The position numbers were made by a program, and so were the translations under genes. A DNA stretch of 64,000 nt, taken from positions 2,123,700-2,187,699 of the forward strand of contig CAJFCJ010000019.1 of assembly GCA_904063045.1 (NCBI GenBank). Reading direction: 5' to 3'. Numbering within the stretch: the first letter of the stretch is position 1; every line of letters begins with the position of its first letter. Below, one piece after another: positions 25,591-38,194 of the stretch. A model generated the notes under the pieces. It did no database searches. It was not told the DNA's origin and worked only from the letters and a program-made list of their open reading frames with translations. This DNA is from Dimorphilus gyrociliatus (lineage: Eukaryota; Animalia; Annelida).

Positions 25591-25809
25591 CCACATCAAC
25601 TCAACTTCCGTTTACAATTTCTTTTTTTTTTACTTTTTTTTAAATTAATACATATTTATAAAATCTCTCAGCCAATTTCAATTTGTTGATTTTTTATTAA
25701 GATTTAATTAATGAGCCCAAAGATAAAAATTTTAGATAAAGCCTATACAAGATATTCTATTATATCGTAGCTGTTTTAACTACTGTTAAACATGACTATT
25801 TCGTCGAGT

Positions 25810-25882
25810 GGCCTTGTGGCGCAATGGATAACGCGTCTGACTACGGATCAGAAGATTCCAGGTTCGAGTCCTGGCAAGGTCG
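25810..25882 (+). tRNA. tRNA-Arg, anticodon ACG
   Basis: GGCCTTG/CAAGGTC acceptor stem, A-box TGGCGCAATGG, anticodon loop CTACGGA and B-box GGTTCGAGTCC, followed by an oligo-T Pol III terminator. Confidence 0.97.
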
Positions 25883-27079
25883 GCTTGTAAAAATTTTTTT
25901 TTTTCCATAGACTTTTTTTTATATGGAAATAAAATTTGTCTTTTATTTTAATTGATCTTATTCAAAACATAAGTCTTTATAATCGATTCCCCTTTCAATA
26001 TTTGATTATTATATATTTATTGATTATCTATATATAGCGAAAAAAAAAGATAATATTAGTGAGATAGTTTATTAGATAATTGGCAAAAAGAATTTGATTA
26101 ACTTTTTAGAAACTCCCTGCAAATAGTCAAGCTGAGAGGAAAAAGTTGGCATTCCGAATAATGAAAGTAGAGTACAAAAACAAAGTACTCAACTTATTCA
26201 ACTTTTGTGTACTTTGTGTAAATTAGGGCCAGCTAATTAATACGAATTAAATGTTACATTTGCGCTTGAACTGAGCGTCTCACTCTTTGAAATATCTTCT
26301 ATATACCATTAATAGGCCTTATCAGGCTTAAATAATAGATTGTATTATAGGTGGCGCTATATTTAAGAAAATCACAATGATTTTCGACCTTGAGTAGAAG
26401 GCGAATGGGCGTTTAAAAATTTGTAATAAGAATTTTAAGGTCTTTTAATTGGTATTTCTTGAATGATCAAAGAAAATTTGGGCTATATTTGAAATTTTAG
26501 CAAATATCTGTAAATGTATGCTCCTGGTCGTATTTGACAAGAGTGGTAAAATCCCTATGAATAATAAGTTAGCGAAACAGTTAGCTCCTCAATTCTTCCT
26601 GTAGTAGTATTTGGAAGCCGGTACAGGTGAGTGCAGTCGATCACTCTTTTTTTTTAAATTAACTTTAAATCAAGTTTAACTTTTTTTTTTCTGTAATTAA
26701 GAGGTCAATTAGGCCTTTACTAAAACCTTTATATACGCCAAATAGCTAATATTATAGAAATTAATTATATTAATAAACCAAACTAAATACTATGAAACAT
26801 GATTAAGCCAATACCTACAATAAGACAACCGATAGCCAAGCTACTACGCCTTTGTTTGTAATAAATGACAAACAAATAAGGTACTCATACTAAATAATAA
26901 ACAATATTGAACGTTCAATATCATTCTAACATTAACGGCTTTATGCCAGATAAGAAACTATTTTTAATGCAGATATATTGGCCTTATAGAAATTTTATTA
27001 AAATCTTTATAAAGATAGATACTGAGTAATTCATTTTTAAATATTTTTCAACAATTAACAGCAATTTAAAACGTTTAAC

Positions 27080-30000
27080 ATGAAATCGTCGATTGGAACA
27101 TTTATTCTACTAATAATATATGGTAAGTTATCTTATGTTTTTATAAATATTATATAACTATATACTGAAAAGATGATTGTCGATACTTAATACGAAATTC
27201 TCCATTATTACATCATCTATATCTTAACAATCTTCTTATTTTATATATATATATATTTTTTTAAAAAAACAGTAGCCAAAAAATAAAAGCTGTTAACTAA
27301 ACATTTTTTTAACTTAGTAAAATAATATAGAAAAGTGAAGTATTATAATGATTATTACTATTCTTAATTAAATTAAATAGTTTTTTATTATCTTTTACTA
27401 GTCTTTTTTAACTAGTGAATTTTTATTATCTAATTTTATCGATAGTTTCTCTTTGAATTTATCCAAATTTATTGCTATAAATTAAAATTGACGGTAGAGG
27501 AGGAGAGGTGAATTATAGGTATAAGATGTTAGATTGGATAGGATTTAAGAGGGAGAGAATATTGAAAAATTATTAAACATATTTAATAATTATTTTAAAA
27601 ATCTTACATTGAAGAGTTTCATTCAATGCTTGCTCTTTTATCTTATCTAATTTTCTCTTACTAGTGAGCATGAAGCAAGCATAAACAACTAGAAAACCGC
27701 CGCCCAATACACCTGAACTAACTGCTAGAGGGGTCAAATTCGACCGAACTGGGGCACCGTAGACTTCTATTGCGAAACTAGTTTTTAAATAGCAAGACGT
27801 TTCCCTCTTATCCAATCCGTAAACGTCAAATAGTAGAATACCATTAAATGCGTTCAAATCGATATAATTATCGCTACTTGAATTTAATATTTCATATTCT
27901 TCATTAAGTTGTTTACTATCGAATTCTTGTTCATTTGATTTGAAACATGACTCATAGTTACTTCTATTCCACGCTTCTTCCGGATTGCTATTAATTCTAA
28001 GCATTTCTCTCCAATTTTGTGCCGGTTTCTTACAACCTACATCCTTTGCTTTTTTGTTATATCTAATCAATTAATTAATTTATTAGTAATTACCCATTTT
28101 TTTTATATAGGTAATTATATATTGTATATATTAATCATTTAGCAGGTTAACCTGTATAATTTTAAACCTCTTGTTTCGAATATTGTGAAATCGCCATCGT
28201 ATCTTTTAACTCTTTCATTGTTTTCATATATATCAAATTTTGGTCTAAAACCTATCGAATAGAATATACGCCAAGGACATCCATATTTATTATAATTGTA
28301 ATATCCCATTTGATAATCAGCCATTTCATCCTTACTCATACTTCTTACTAATTCTCCATCACTCATCTTCTCAGATTCTCGTAGGTACCTTTGAGCAGGA
28401 GTGAGTAATTCGTATTTCTTACTATTTCGCAATCAACATGGAAATTTATAAATGTAACGTTCTTGTTATTAGTGATAGAAATTACATTTAAGAGACTATA
28501 GGCTTACATTGGAATATAGTAGAATTTACTAGAATTCATATAATCGTAACAACTGGTATGCTTTAAATCTTTACTTTTTTAAGTAGTAAATATAAATATA
28601 TATAGTAATTTAAAGAAGCAAATAAAACTATTAAAATATCTTCAACCGGATCTTGGAATGTAATAATAGACTAATTGTAATATTTACCTAACTAATCGGA
28701 TGTGCTTTGTAGGTGGACAACCGGAAGTTATTGTTACAATCTTTTTGAAAAAATATTCATTTCACACTAAGCCCTTTTTTTTAGGGGTTATATGAAATTT
28801 TTAACATACTTTGGATGCCTTTCTAGCATTACATTGACCAAAATTCATTCTATGAGTAATGAGGATATTTCCTATTTGTTCCTTGTCGTTAGCTGAGTTA
28901 ATCATCTCGATAATCTATTTTGGAAATGATATATAATTATATATATATATAAACATATACATGTATGTATATGTTTATATGTAGGAATAATATTAAAAAG
29001 ACTATATTATCTGAATGTACAAACTATGGTTGATGGATTGTTATCTCTTTTTATATAGGAGCGAAAATTTGGATTAAGGGAGATAGTCGTCTGTTATTTT
29101 TTATTAAAAGTTATCTTTCAGTAATTTTCTACTCTGTTAAATAGGATAATTACTATACTATTAGTCATTAAAGGATCAGCTTTAATGATTTTTTGAATAA
29201 TTGACAACTTTTGTAAATCCATAAAAATCAACTCTCTTTGATTTTCATTCACATCTATTGATTCCCAAGAAAATTTACAAATGTTATTAACTTCGACCTT
29301 ATTGTTGTCATTCATTGGCCTCATTTCCCAATATCCAATACTATTAAATTCCAAAATAAATATAAACGACTCAAGTAAAACTACAACCTCATCATTTAGA
29401 GGTAGAATATTTTTATTCTCATAAAATATTGGATAAACGCAATCATATCCAAAATATATCTTTCTATTTGATTCAATTATGATAAAATAACCATTTGAAT
29501 TACTAATTGTTTGTCTAATGTGCTTTCTAAATGGTTTTGTTCCGTTTGTAAATATTTGTTTATTATTCTGTTCATGATTTAAGATTCTTAAATTTCTTCC
29601 TCTATCAACCGAATGATAAAGTTTCTCTTCATCATGTATAAAAACTGTTCCAATGTTTAATAGAGTATGAAAGAAATAAGGTCTACCCTTAACATTTTCA
29701 ATTTCCTCCATGACTATACTATCTGGTAAATGACTACCACCATATTTTGAATAGTTTCTCAGAATAATATAGAACTTAATATGTAAACAAAAGAAGAAAG
29801 AGAATATTCTAAACATTAAAACAATTTATATATCTAACTTTACTATTTATCTCTACAAGTATGGATACTGTATTGTCCAAATATAGACAGGCGTCAATAA
29901 TTTTTAGCTGAAGAAAGATAGCATAAAAACTATTGTCTTTTTTTTATGTAGAAAGAAATATATAGAGAAAAGATTTATTCCACTTACATTCTTTTGCTCT

Positions 30001-30519
30001 AAGCCTATGTCGAAATATGTTAAATATTTACCGCTATATTTTGATAGAAACATTGATTTTCCTTTAATAGCTAAAATTGTTTGATTAGCATTTAAACACC
30101 ACCAAACTTTGATAGATAAGCAACAATGTCCAGATGTTATTGAATTTATAGTAATATTCTTTTCTAGAAATTAAATAAGTATTAATTTCAATTAAAATCT
30201 CTCTCTCTCTCTCTCTCTCTAACCATTTTTCTCAAATATCTCAATTTCTATTAATACCAACTCAACAAAATTCCAATATTTATTATTAATATTCGTTAAA
30301 TTAACAAATAAATTTGAATATAAATCATCTCCACAATCGAATTTATAATTAAATTTTAATAAAACACTCGAATTAAAAGTAATCACTTTTTTATTATCAA
30401 TTTGAATATTTTTACATATGTTTACTTTATTTCCATTCATTGAAATAATTAATAATTTCGCATCTATTTGATAAATTTAACTAATTAACTATAAATATTA
30501 ATATATTAATATATATTGG

Positions 30520-30551
<32 letters not shown>

Positions 30552-32119
30552 TACTTTCTATATATTGTTTCTCAAATGATAGGATACTACCAATAAGTAG
30601 TCCTCGTTTTATTTTAATTGGCCTTATAAATGTTGCTTTCCACCATGGTAGATTTGAATTTGAAAGAATTCTTGTAAATGTATTAAAATCTCCATCAACC
30701 GCTAAATTTGGATTTGTTGAATATATTTGACTTTCTTGTTCTAGTATTGCTATTTCCTTAAAGTTTATAGGTTCTGGAAATATATTGCACCTCTAAAATT
30801 AATTGGTACTATATTTTTATTACTATCTGATAAGAGGAGCTGTTCAATGCTGTTGGGTTCTCGGCAATTCATGTATTGAAGTCTAAATAATTTTGAATTA
30901 ATAACCAAAGCTAGATAGTTTCCGACAAATGTCATTGAAGTAACAATTGGATTGTCCTAATAGAATTTTTTCAATTCTTTATATTTAGCTTGTGGGTTAT
31001 CATTAACTTATATAACTATTTACTGTTGATTTAAAGATAGTTTGATTGAACTCTGTACAAGGCTTATCATCAAATCCAGAAAGTGTTATGTATAAATAAT
31101 CGTTAAATCTAGATATAAAATATATGCAGTTTATTTATATTTTATGTATTATATCACATACATACTTGGCTACCACTATATGTCGTTCATTACAGGGATG
31201 CTGTAGAACGATTGTATCATTATAACCAGATTTTAACTTTATTATACTCTGAGAATACAGAATTTTAATAAGATTTATTAGGATAAACTGTAATTGCAGC
31301 ATTGTTATTCAAATAACTATTTCTTTTTTTTTTACGTTCCGTAGCCGAAGCCTGTTTTTATCAACGTATTGTAAGGAAACAGAGCGCACCCCGTCATTTT
31401 GTGGCAAAAATTGATAGCAGAAGATCAACGTTCAAATACAATATTTCCATAACATCACCTACAACTATACAACCTTTGACTAATGTTTCTACGGAATCAT
31501 CTCTAATACACCAAATAAGAAATTGTACACCAAATGAAGAAATTCAACAAAATTGCAGAAGAGGTGTACCTTGTGAAGTTTCATACATTTCAAATGGAAC
31601 CCACGAAGTTGGGAATATATATTGCCGGTAATTATTATACTTTATCCATTTCCAACCCCCCCTCCTACCTATATCCCATATTTATTATTGTCTTATTTCA
31701 GTTGTCCGGCAGGATATTCGGGTCCTCGTTGTCATTTACCCGGAGGTAATAATTTTATATCAATTGTCTTTTAGTTTCATTTTTTAAATACTTATCTCTT
31801 TTTCCAGCCTATACAGCTTTATCTAACGTTGGAACAGGATTAATTGCTTTTGCAGTATCAGCAGTTGTTATTACAATTTTTGTCGGTATTCTATTTGTTT
31901 TTCTATATAAAAAGTAAGTAAAAAAGACTTGATACTTTGATAATTATGCTAATATTTAAAAAAAATAACTATTCTTCTCTCCCTAATAGAAAGAAAGCAA
32001 AATCTGAAGGTAGATATTGTTGTGCAGCCAATAGACCAGAAGCCCAACACCTAAATCGAGAAGTTGCTCTTGGCAGTCTAGAATCTTCACATTTAAATGG
32101 AAAACCGGAAGTATCTTGA
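27080..32119 (+). CDS. EGF-family (EGFR/ErbB) ligand-like type I membrane precursor: signal peptide, pro-region, single EGF module, TM, short tail; 5 coding exons
   Basis: Exons 27080-27122 (MKSSIGTFILLIIY, phase-1 GTAAGT donor), 31345-31627, 31702-31745, 31808-31913 and 31990-32119, all phase-compatible. EGF module C-X9-C-X5-C-X16-C-R|C-PAGYSGPR-C, then TM GLIAFAVSAVVITIFVGILFVFLY and basic KKKKAK. Confidence 0.8.
27398..31302 (-). CDS. CatSper auxiliary subunit delta/epsilon-like type I membrane protein, multi-exon, nested in intron 1 of the EGF-ligand gene
   Basis: Signal peptide MLQLQFILINLIKILYSQ followed by LQHPCNERHIVV (cf. CATSPERD IKHPCEKNIAL). The C-terminal block YGCPWRIFY...GCKKPAQNWREML...WNRSNYESC...YEILNSS...SCYLKTSFAIEVYG plus TM matches the remembered CATSPERD/E C-terminus. 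Internal exon limits are only partly resolved. Confidence 0.8.
30199..30220. repeat. (CT)n microsatellite in an intron
   Basis: ctctctctctctctctctctct run. Confidence 0.85.
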
Positions 32120-32618
32120 AGAATATAAATAATTTAGTAACGTTTATTTTTTTTCTTTTTAGTAAAAAATTGTTTTAGTTATTTTAAGTGTTTGCTATTT
32201 TTTTAAAATATATATATATATATAAGTTTTATCTGAAAAATTCTAAGTTTCTCGGAGCATCTAGCTCCCAAAAATTTTAAGAATTTTATGTATTTTTTTG
32301 TACAAATGTGACATATTTTTGTGTTCATTAGACAATGAAATGTAGTATTGATTTGTTTTTTCTTTTAAAAAGTGATGTACCGTGATAAGACATTGAAATC
32401 AATGAATCTATTAAATAAAGTAATATTGCATAAATTGGAGGCCTCTGTTTCGATTTAAATGATAAAGCTTATATATTTTTTCTTCAAATCAAGTCAATCA
32501 TTTTGCATAAAATTAAAGACAATAGAATGCAAAAAGAAAAATCAATGCGGAACAATTATTAAAAAAACACAAAGTCATTTGACAGATAAGAAATTAGAAT
32601 AAGTTATCTTTTCAAATT

Positions 32619-33398
32619 CTACTGTTTCTTCGGATAGGGTATATCCGACTGGGATCCAGGAGTAGCGCCTAAAAACGTAATATAATAATGTATCGTCCTT
32701 GCAATTGCTATTTAACATCAGTATTTCATATACGTACCGAGATATGGTGGAGCGCTCGCATTATAATATTGATGACCTCCACTAGGATACTGGGGAGCAT
32801 TACCCGGATACATAGGAGGCATATTTGGGACACTACCACCTGGTTGCGTTGGATAAGCAGGCATAGGCTGATTCATTAGGGGTCGCATGGGCTGTTGCAT
32901 AGGAGGCTGCACGGGGTGAGATTGATTGGGAACTCCGGGATACATTCCATAAGGCGGCGGCTGACCGTAAGGAACACTTCCCGGACCAGGTGGTGGGGGT
33001 TGCACTCCCATTGGATAACTAGGACCACCAAATGGTGCTTGTGGAGCACCAGGCAGAATATAATTTGGTCCAGTTGGGGTCTGCTGAACAATCTGAATAA
33101 AATGACTCATTATTTACACTGCTTAAATTTGTAAGATAATATGCTTACCAAGCCTAACTCAGCGGCTGCAAGTTCTGCAGGTATTCCTCTCTATGTCACA
33201 ATTTAAGTCTCAAATTAACTCTATTTAACTGAAAGGTGGAATACAGACTTTTTTACACCTTTTATGGAGCTTCTTAACCAGTTTCTTCTGTTGTTTCATA
33301 TGCTTCTTGTATGGATGTTTGAACCCATCGTCACTGCTACTGCTGCTACTAGATGACGATGAATTGTAGCGTCTACGAAATTTGTGTTTTTTTCCCAT
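32619..33398 (-). CDS. Uncharacterised protein: basic/poly-Ser N-terminus and Pro/Gln/Tyr/Gly-rich low-complexity C-terminus, about 4 exons
   Basis: MGKKHKFRRRYNSSSSSSSSSDDGFKHPYKKHMK...|RGIPAELAAAELGL|IVQQTPTGPNY...SAPPYLG|ATPGSQSDIPYPKKQ*. GT-AG introns; the first donor is uncertain. Confidence 0.7.
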
Positions 33399-33873
33399 TT
33401 TCAAACTTTTGTCTATAAAATATGAAAGTTCAAGATTATATTATCGCTCATAAAAATTTCCGTGTCAGGCTCGAAAGAAATATTTATAAAAATTACAGCT
33501 CCCAATTTCAAAAATAATAATTAAATTTTAAAGAGCATTAAAGTTTTTTTCAAATCACCGACGTTTAAGGGAGAATTAGGTAGAACAACATACGAGCAGG
33601 AGTGCCTCAAAGCTGATTGGTTGACTGAGTCATCCTTAACTTGGACATCGCCATTTTGTTGAGATTTCTTTTTGAGCGGACAAATACATTTCTAGCTCGA
33701 TTGTTTAAATTTTTTGAGGTAATTTTTTTCTAGATCGTTATTTAAACACTTGCAAGGAATTGTCCCAAATATTTGGCGTTTAGCCTTCGTTCTAAATCGT
33801 GTTATACTAGTTGCGTCGCTTGATGCAAATATGGCGGATAAAAATATTAAAGGGTTGTCTTTATGATAACAGA

Positions 33874-36829
33874 ATGGATAAGGACGCCTCAAACGCCAGT
33901 ATTCAGGCGCTGCTACAGAGAAATTGTCAACGTTTGATGCTATCGCTAGACTACTTGAAAGAAGAAGATCAGCTATGCGATGTTGGAATCCTCATAGATT
34001 CAGTCCAAATAAATGCCCATAAGGTTGTTTTGGCTGCCGGTAGTCAGTTTTTTCGGTAAGTTTAGTGTAAATACTAATTCCATAGTGAAACTTGAACTTA
34101 TAAACGTTATCAATGTCTATCATATAGTTGGGTTTCGGCAATATCCTATTTTCTATTCTAACTATGGAATTTTTCTCACAGGGATCACTTTTTGCGATCA
34201 CAAATGATGAAATCACAATCTGGTATGGATCTTTATAAACCAGAATTACAGATTCCCGGTTTAACGGTTTCTGACATGCAGTTGGTGATAAAATTTTTGT
34301 ATACTGGTTATGCTAAAGTTACGGACGAAAACGTTGATATGCTAATTGTCCTGTCAGAAAAATTAGACATTCCACTACTAAAGACATTTTGTTTGGATTA
34401 TAAAGAAAAGGTAATTTAAAACTTTCTTGTGTACTGCTGTTGAATTTATTAAGGCTGTCTTTCTGTATAGATTGACAAGAAACATCGAACAAAGGAGAGA
34501 GAAATCGTCAAAGCTCCAAGAGATGTTCGTTTCGATGATTGTTTCATGTTATATAAGATTTTAGTAACCAGCTTTTTTACAGATTGAAACTATCGATGTA
34601 TTGAAAACGGAGAAATCCCAACCTGTGGTACAATTCACTGAGGATAATGAAATTGTTATTGCGGCCGACGATATAGAATCTGCTCAAGCGGAGGGAAAAC
34701 GCCTTCGACTAACTTTTACGAACGGAGAGACAACTTATTTGGCCATTGATGATGATGATTCGGCAAATGCGTTAAACGAAGAGACTATTGTTGTGGAGGA
34801 CGGGAATGTTGCTAAAAATGTAGTAGTTGTTCAGGAAGTTGGTAATGAGACTGGAGATGGTACTGGAAAAGAAGGCAATTCTAATGCTGGTAGAGGAATA
34901 AGCACTTTATTATCAGCAGCAGAGAGTTTACAAGAGGGAAAGAAGCGCAGACGAAAAGAGGTTGATTCTCGACCGGCTAAGAAAAAAGCTTACGAAGAAA
35001 ACGAAGAAGAACCAGATGATTATAATACTGAGGATGAAGCTGGTAATACCACAATGGAAGTTACTCTATTACCCCCATCTGAAGTCTTTACAGAAGGCTA
35101 TCCGCAAAAAGACAGAAGAGTCTTAAAATCATTTCCGTGCGAGTTATGCTCTTTCAGTGTCGCATCGCGAGCTGATTTGGCGAGACATTTAGATAGTCAG
35201 CATAATGGAGCTGTTAATAAAGAAGGTGAGATGGTTCAACACTGTGAACATTGTGGAAGAATGTTTGTGACATTAGATGAACTGATTGTTCATGGCTATA
35301 TGTGTCTTATGCAGCGAGTCCCCGGTAAAATGAACAGATTTAAGTGTCCTAGTTGCCAATACGAGATTGAGAAACAGCGAAGCGCTGAACATCACTATCA
35401 GAGATCCCATGCTGCTCATAAAAGAGCCTGTCCTGATTGTAAAGAGGAATTACCTGTTGTTGAATATTATTTGGAACATCGAATGTTAAAGCATGGAGTC
35501 GACGTTGAAATGTTAGGTTTTACTGTCTATCATTGTCCTCATTGTCATTTTAGTACTACAAGACATCAATTCAAACGAAGACACTCGAAAAAGTGTAGAC
35601 CAGAGAAGCCATATATACATAGATCATTGGACTCACCAAAAAAATCTGGAGACAGAAGAAATGACAAAAAGGCTCTGAAGAAAACTCCAGTTTCAAAGCA
35701 AAAATCGGATTCTGAAATGGATAATCCCCGAAACTGGAAAATGAAATCTGATCAATGCTCTCATTGCTCTGAAGTTTTAAATGGTCACGCAGCAATGCTG
35801 AAACATGTTCTGAATCAACACCCCGATACAATGGTACATTGTGACCTATGCGATCAGCCTTTTCTGAACCCTGTAGATTTGCTTGTGCATGATAGACGTT
35901 GTAAGGCCATCCAATTACCAAATTCGACGATGTTCGCCTGTCCAAGCTGCGACTATAAAACTTATAAAGCAAGGAAAATTGCTGAACATTATCGCATACG
36001 CCATTCGGATGAAATGATTAATTGCGTCTACTGTGCATATAAATGCAAGTATATGTTGAATATGATGCAACATCTTGTCACTGAACATAATGTACTATTG
36101 AAAGACAAAAAGATATATCAATGTGAACAGTGTAATTATAGAACTGTTCGAGTGGAACATTTCAAGAAACATACCGATGAACATGTTGGAATAGATCGTC
36201 GAGTAAATTGTTCGGTTTGCTTCAAAACATTTGCCACAAATGCTACTTTAGAAGCTCACGTTAAGAATGTCCATATAAGAGTGAAAAGTTTTCAATGTCC
36301 TCGATGCGAATTCTGTTCGCATTCAGCGGCAAGTTTAAGAAATCATCTATACACTGCTCATAAAGTTGTACCAGAAAGAACGGATGGAATGTACGATCAA
36401 GTATATAAATGTGCGCATTGCGACTATTCTCATATATATGAGAGAATCGTTTGCCGGCATATATCTTTAAAGCACTCGAATCAAGAACAATTTCAATGCA
36501 AAATTTGTGACACATCTTTCAAAAACAAAACACAACTGGATACCCACCAATCTATACATGCGGAAAGGATAGAAGTTGAATCACCTTTAAGTCAATGTCA
36601 AGTTTGCGGATTTACAACTAGTTCAGACGAAGTACTAGCTGATCATTTCGCTAACAAACACGCTAATATGACTCAAATTGTCTTGGATCCGTCAGACGAA
36701 ACTGTTAAGAAAATGGGCGACCCTATGGATTTAGAAGGAGTGACTATTATTACTAGTGATCATCAAGTGGAAGAAAACGAAGTTGCTGAAAATCAAATAG
36801 TTGTTGTAGACGTAGCCGAGATGGGATAA
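33874..36829 (+). CDS. BTB/POZ + 15 C2H2/C2HC zinc-finger transcription factor (ZBTB-like), 4 exons
   Basis: Exons 33874-34055, 34182-34410, 34471-34524, 34583-36829. BTB motif LCDVGILIDSVQINAHKVVLAAGSQFFR...KFLYTG. Fifteen Cys-X2-Cys...His fingers counted by eye. Confidence 0.9.
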
Positions 36830-37497
36830 AAACTGTAGATGGCAGGGCGGCGTTTCTAGCTAGGTTACTAATTCCATACCCTATTAGAATAAATGTTTTG
36901 CGTTTATTTCCCCGAACCTCTTTGTTATTTTTATAACATAAACATCGCAAAATGGCGTTTGCAAAGTGAATATAATTGTTTGCCAGACTATCTGCTGAAG
37001 ACAATTCGAAGTTAATCATCATATGGTTTCATATATTTCTCCATAAAATCAATTTTTATCTGTCACTTTGAGTAGCTATGCACGCTGCAGACTGATCGAA
37101 AAATTGACCGTGTATGTTGAAAATTATGTAACTCATCACATTTTGTTGAATTGTATTGCAACAATGCTCTCAGAGCAAAATTTTAAAGAAGTTGCTTATA
37201 CAAACGCGAAGAATGATGATACAAATCAGGTAAAAAATTTAACATTTCCTCCCAGTACCTTCCCTATAAAAATTTTAAATTTTAACATTAAAACGTTCGA
37301 TCGATCGAATGTTGCGCCCGCTCAGCTGGTAGGCCTACGTGGCCCGTAGAGAAATTAATAAAAGTCGGGTCGTCGACAGAGTTTAAGCGGTTGGTTTTTT
37401 TTATTGTTAGTATTTCTGACGTATTTTAAAAATTCAAAAAATATACATACATATACAGTCATATACTGTAAAACTTAAGATTATATCACCTAGAGCA

Positions 37498-37899
37498 ATG
37501 GACGAATTAGATTCATCTATTAAGGATATTGGATATGTTTCGAATAGTAAATTTCTTCATTTCTTGACTGCGGAAACTCTAACAAAATATATATTACAAT
37601 TTGGAGTCAATAAAGATAGAGATTACGCCTTTTTCATATTAGTCATAACCTTAACCTTTGTAATATTTCTTTTGGTTATTGTAACTTCGATTATTGCCAT
37701 TATTCAGTACGCAAACGAATCATCCAAGAATGAAAGCGTTGTATCATTAAACTATAGACAGGATAATAAATACATGGAATATTATCAAGATTTAACAAAT
37801 CGTATTGCAGAAATTTCACGTAAAGATGATAGTGTTGATAAAGATAACGAAAAGGAATGCCATAGTGATGATCACAGCGATGATAAAAGAATTCATTAA
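37498..37899 (+). CDS. Small single-pass membrane protein of unknown family (133 aa)
   Basis: Intact ATG-TAA ORF with one long hydrophobic stretch (YAFFILVITLTFVIFLLVIVTSIIAIIQY) and an acidic C-terminal tail. No family recognised. Confidence 0.6.
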   Translation: MDELDSSIKDIGYVSNSKFLHFLTAETLTKYILQFGVNKDRDYAFFILVITLTFVIFLLVIVTSIIAIIQYANESSKNESVVSLNYRQDNKYMEYYQDLTNRIAEISRKDDSVDKDNEKECHSDDHSDDKRIH

Positions 37900-38194
37900 G
37901 ATTTATGATATATTATTGAAACAAATATTAACAACAATGACATTTATGCATAAAAACGACATATGTTGCTTCATACTTATAAACCAACCTACGTTCTATG
38001 TTTGTTAGGTGACAAGCTTTCATATATTTGTTTTTTCTTCTTTTTGCTTTATATACTTATATATATATATATATTACATCAATTTATCAAGTGATCCTAT
38101 TTCTTGTAATTAAAAGGTTACCTCTATTTGAATGTAATAATACAGAAAATATATTTATATATTTAAATTATAGACAACGAGAATTTGTTTCGAA

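Noticed and set aside
35571-37349. Minus-strand ORFs over the BTB-ZF CDS and ORF 37068-37349
   Set aside because: They are shadows or lack coherent exon structure or motifs in any frame I tried.
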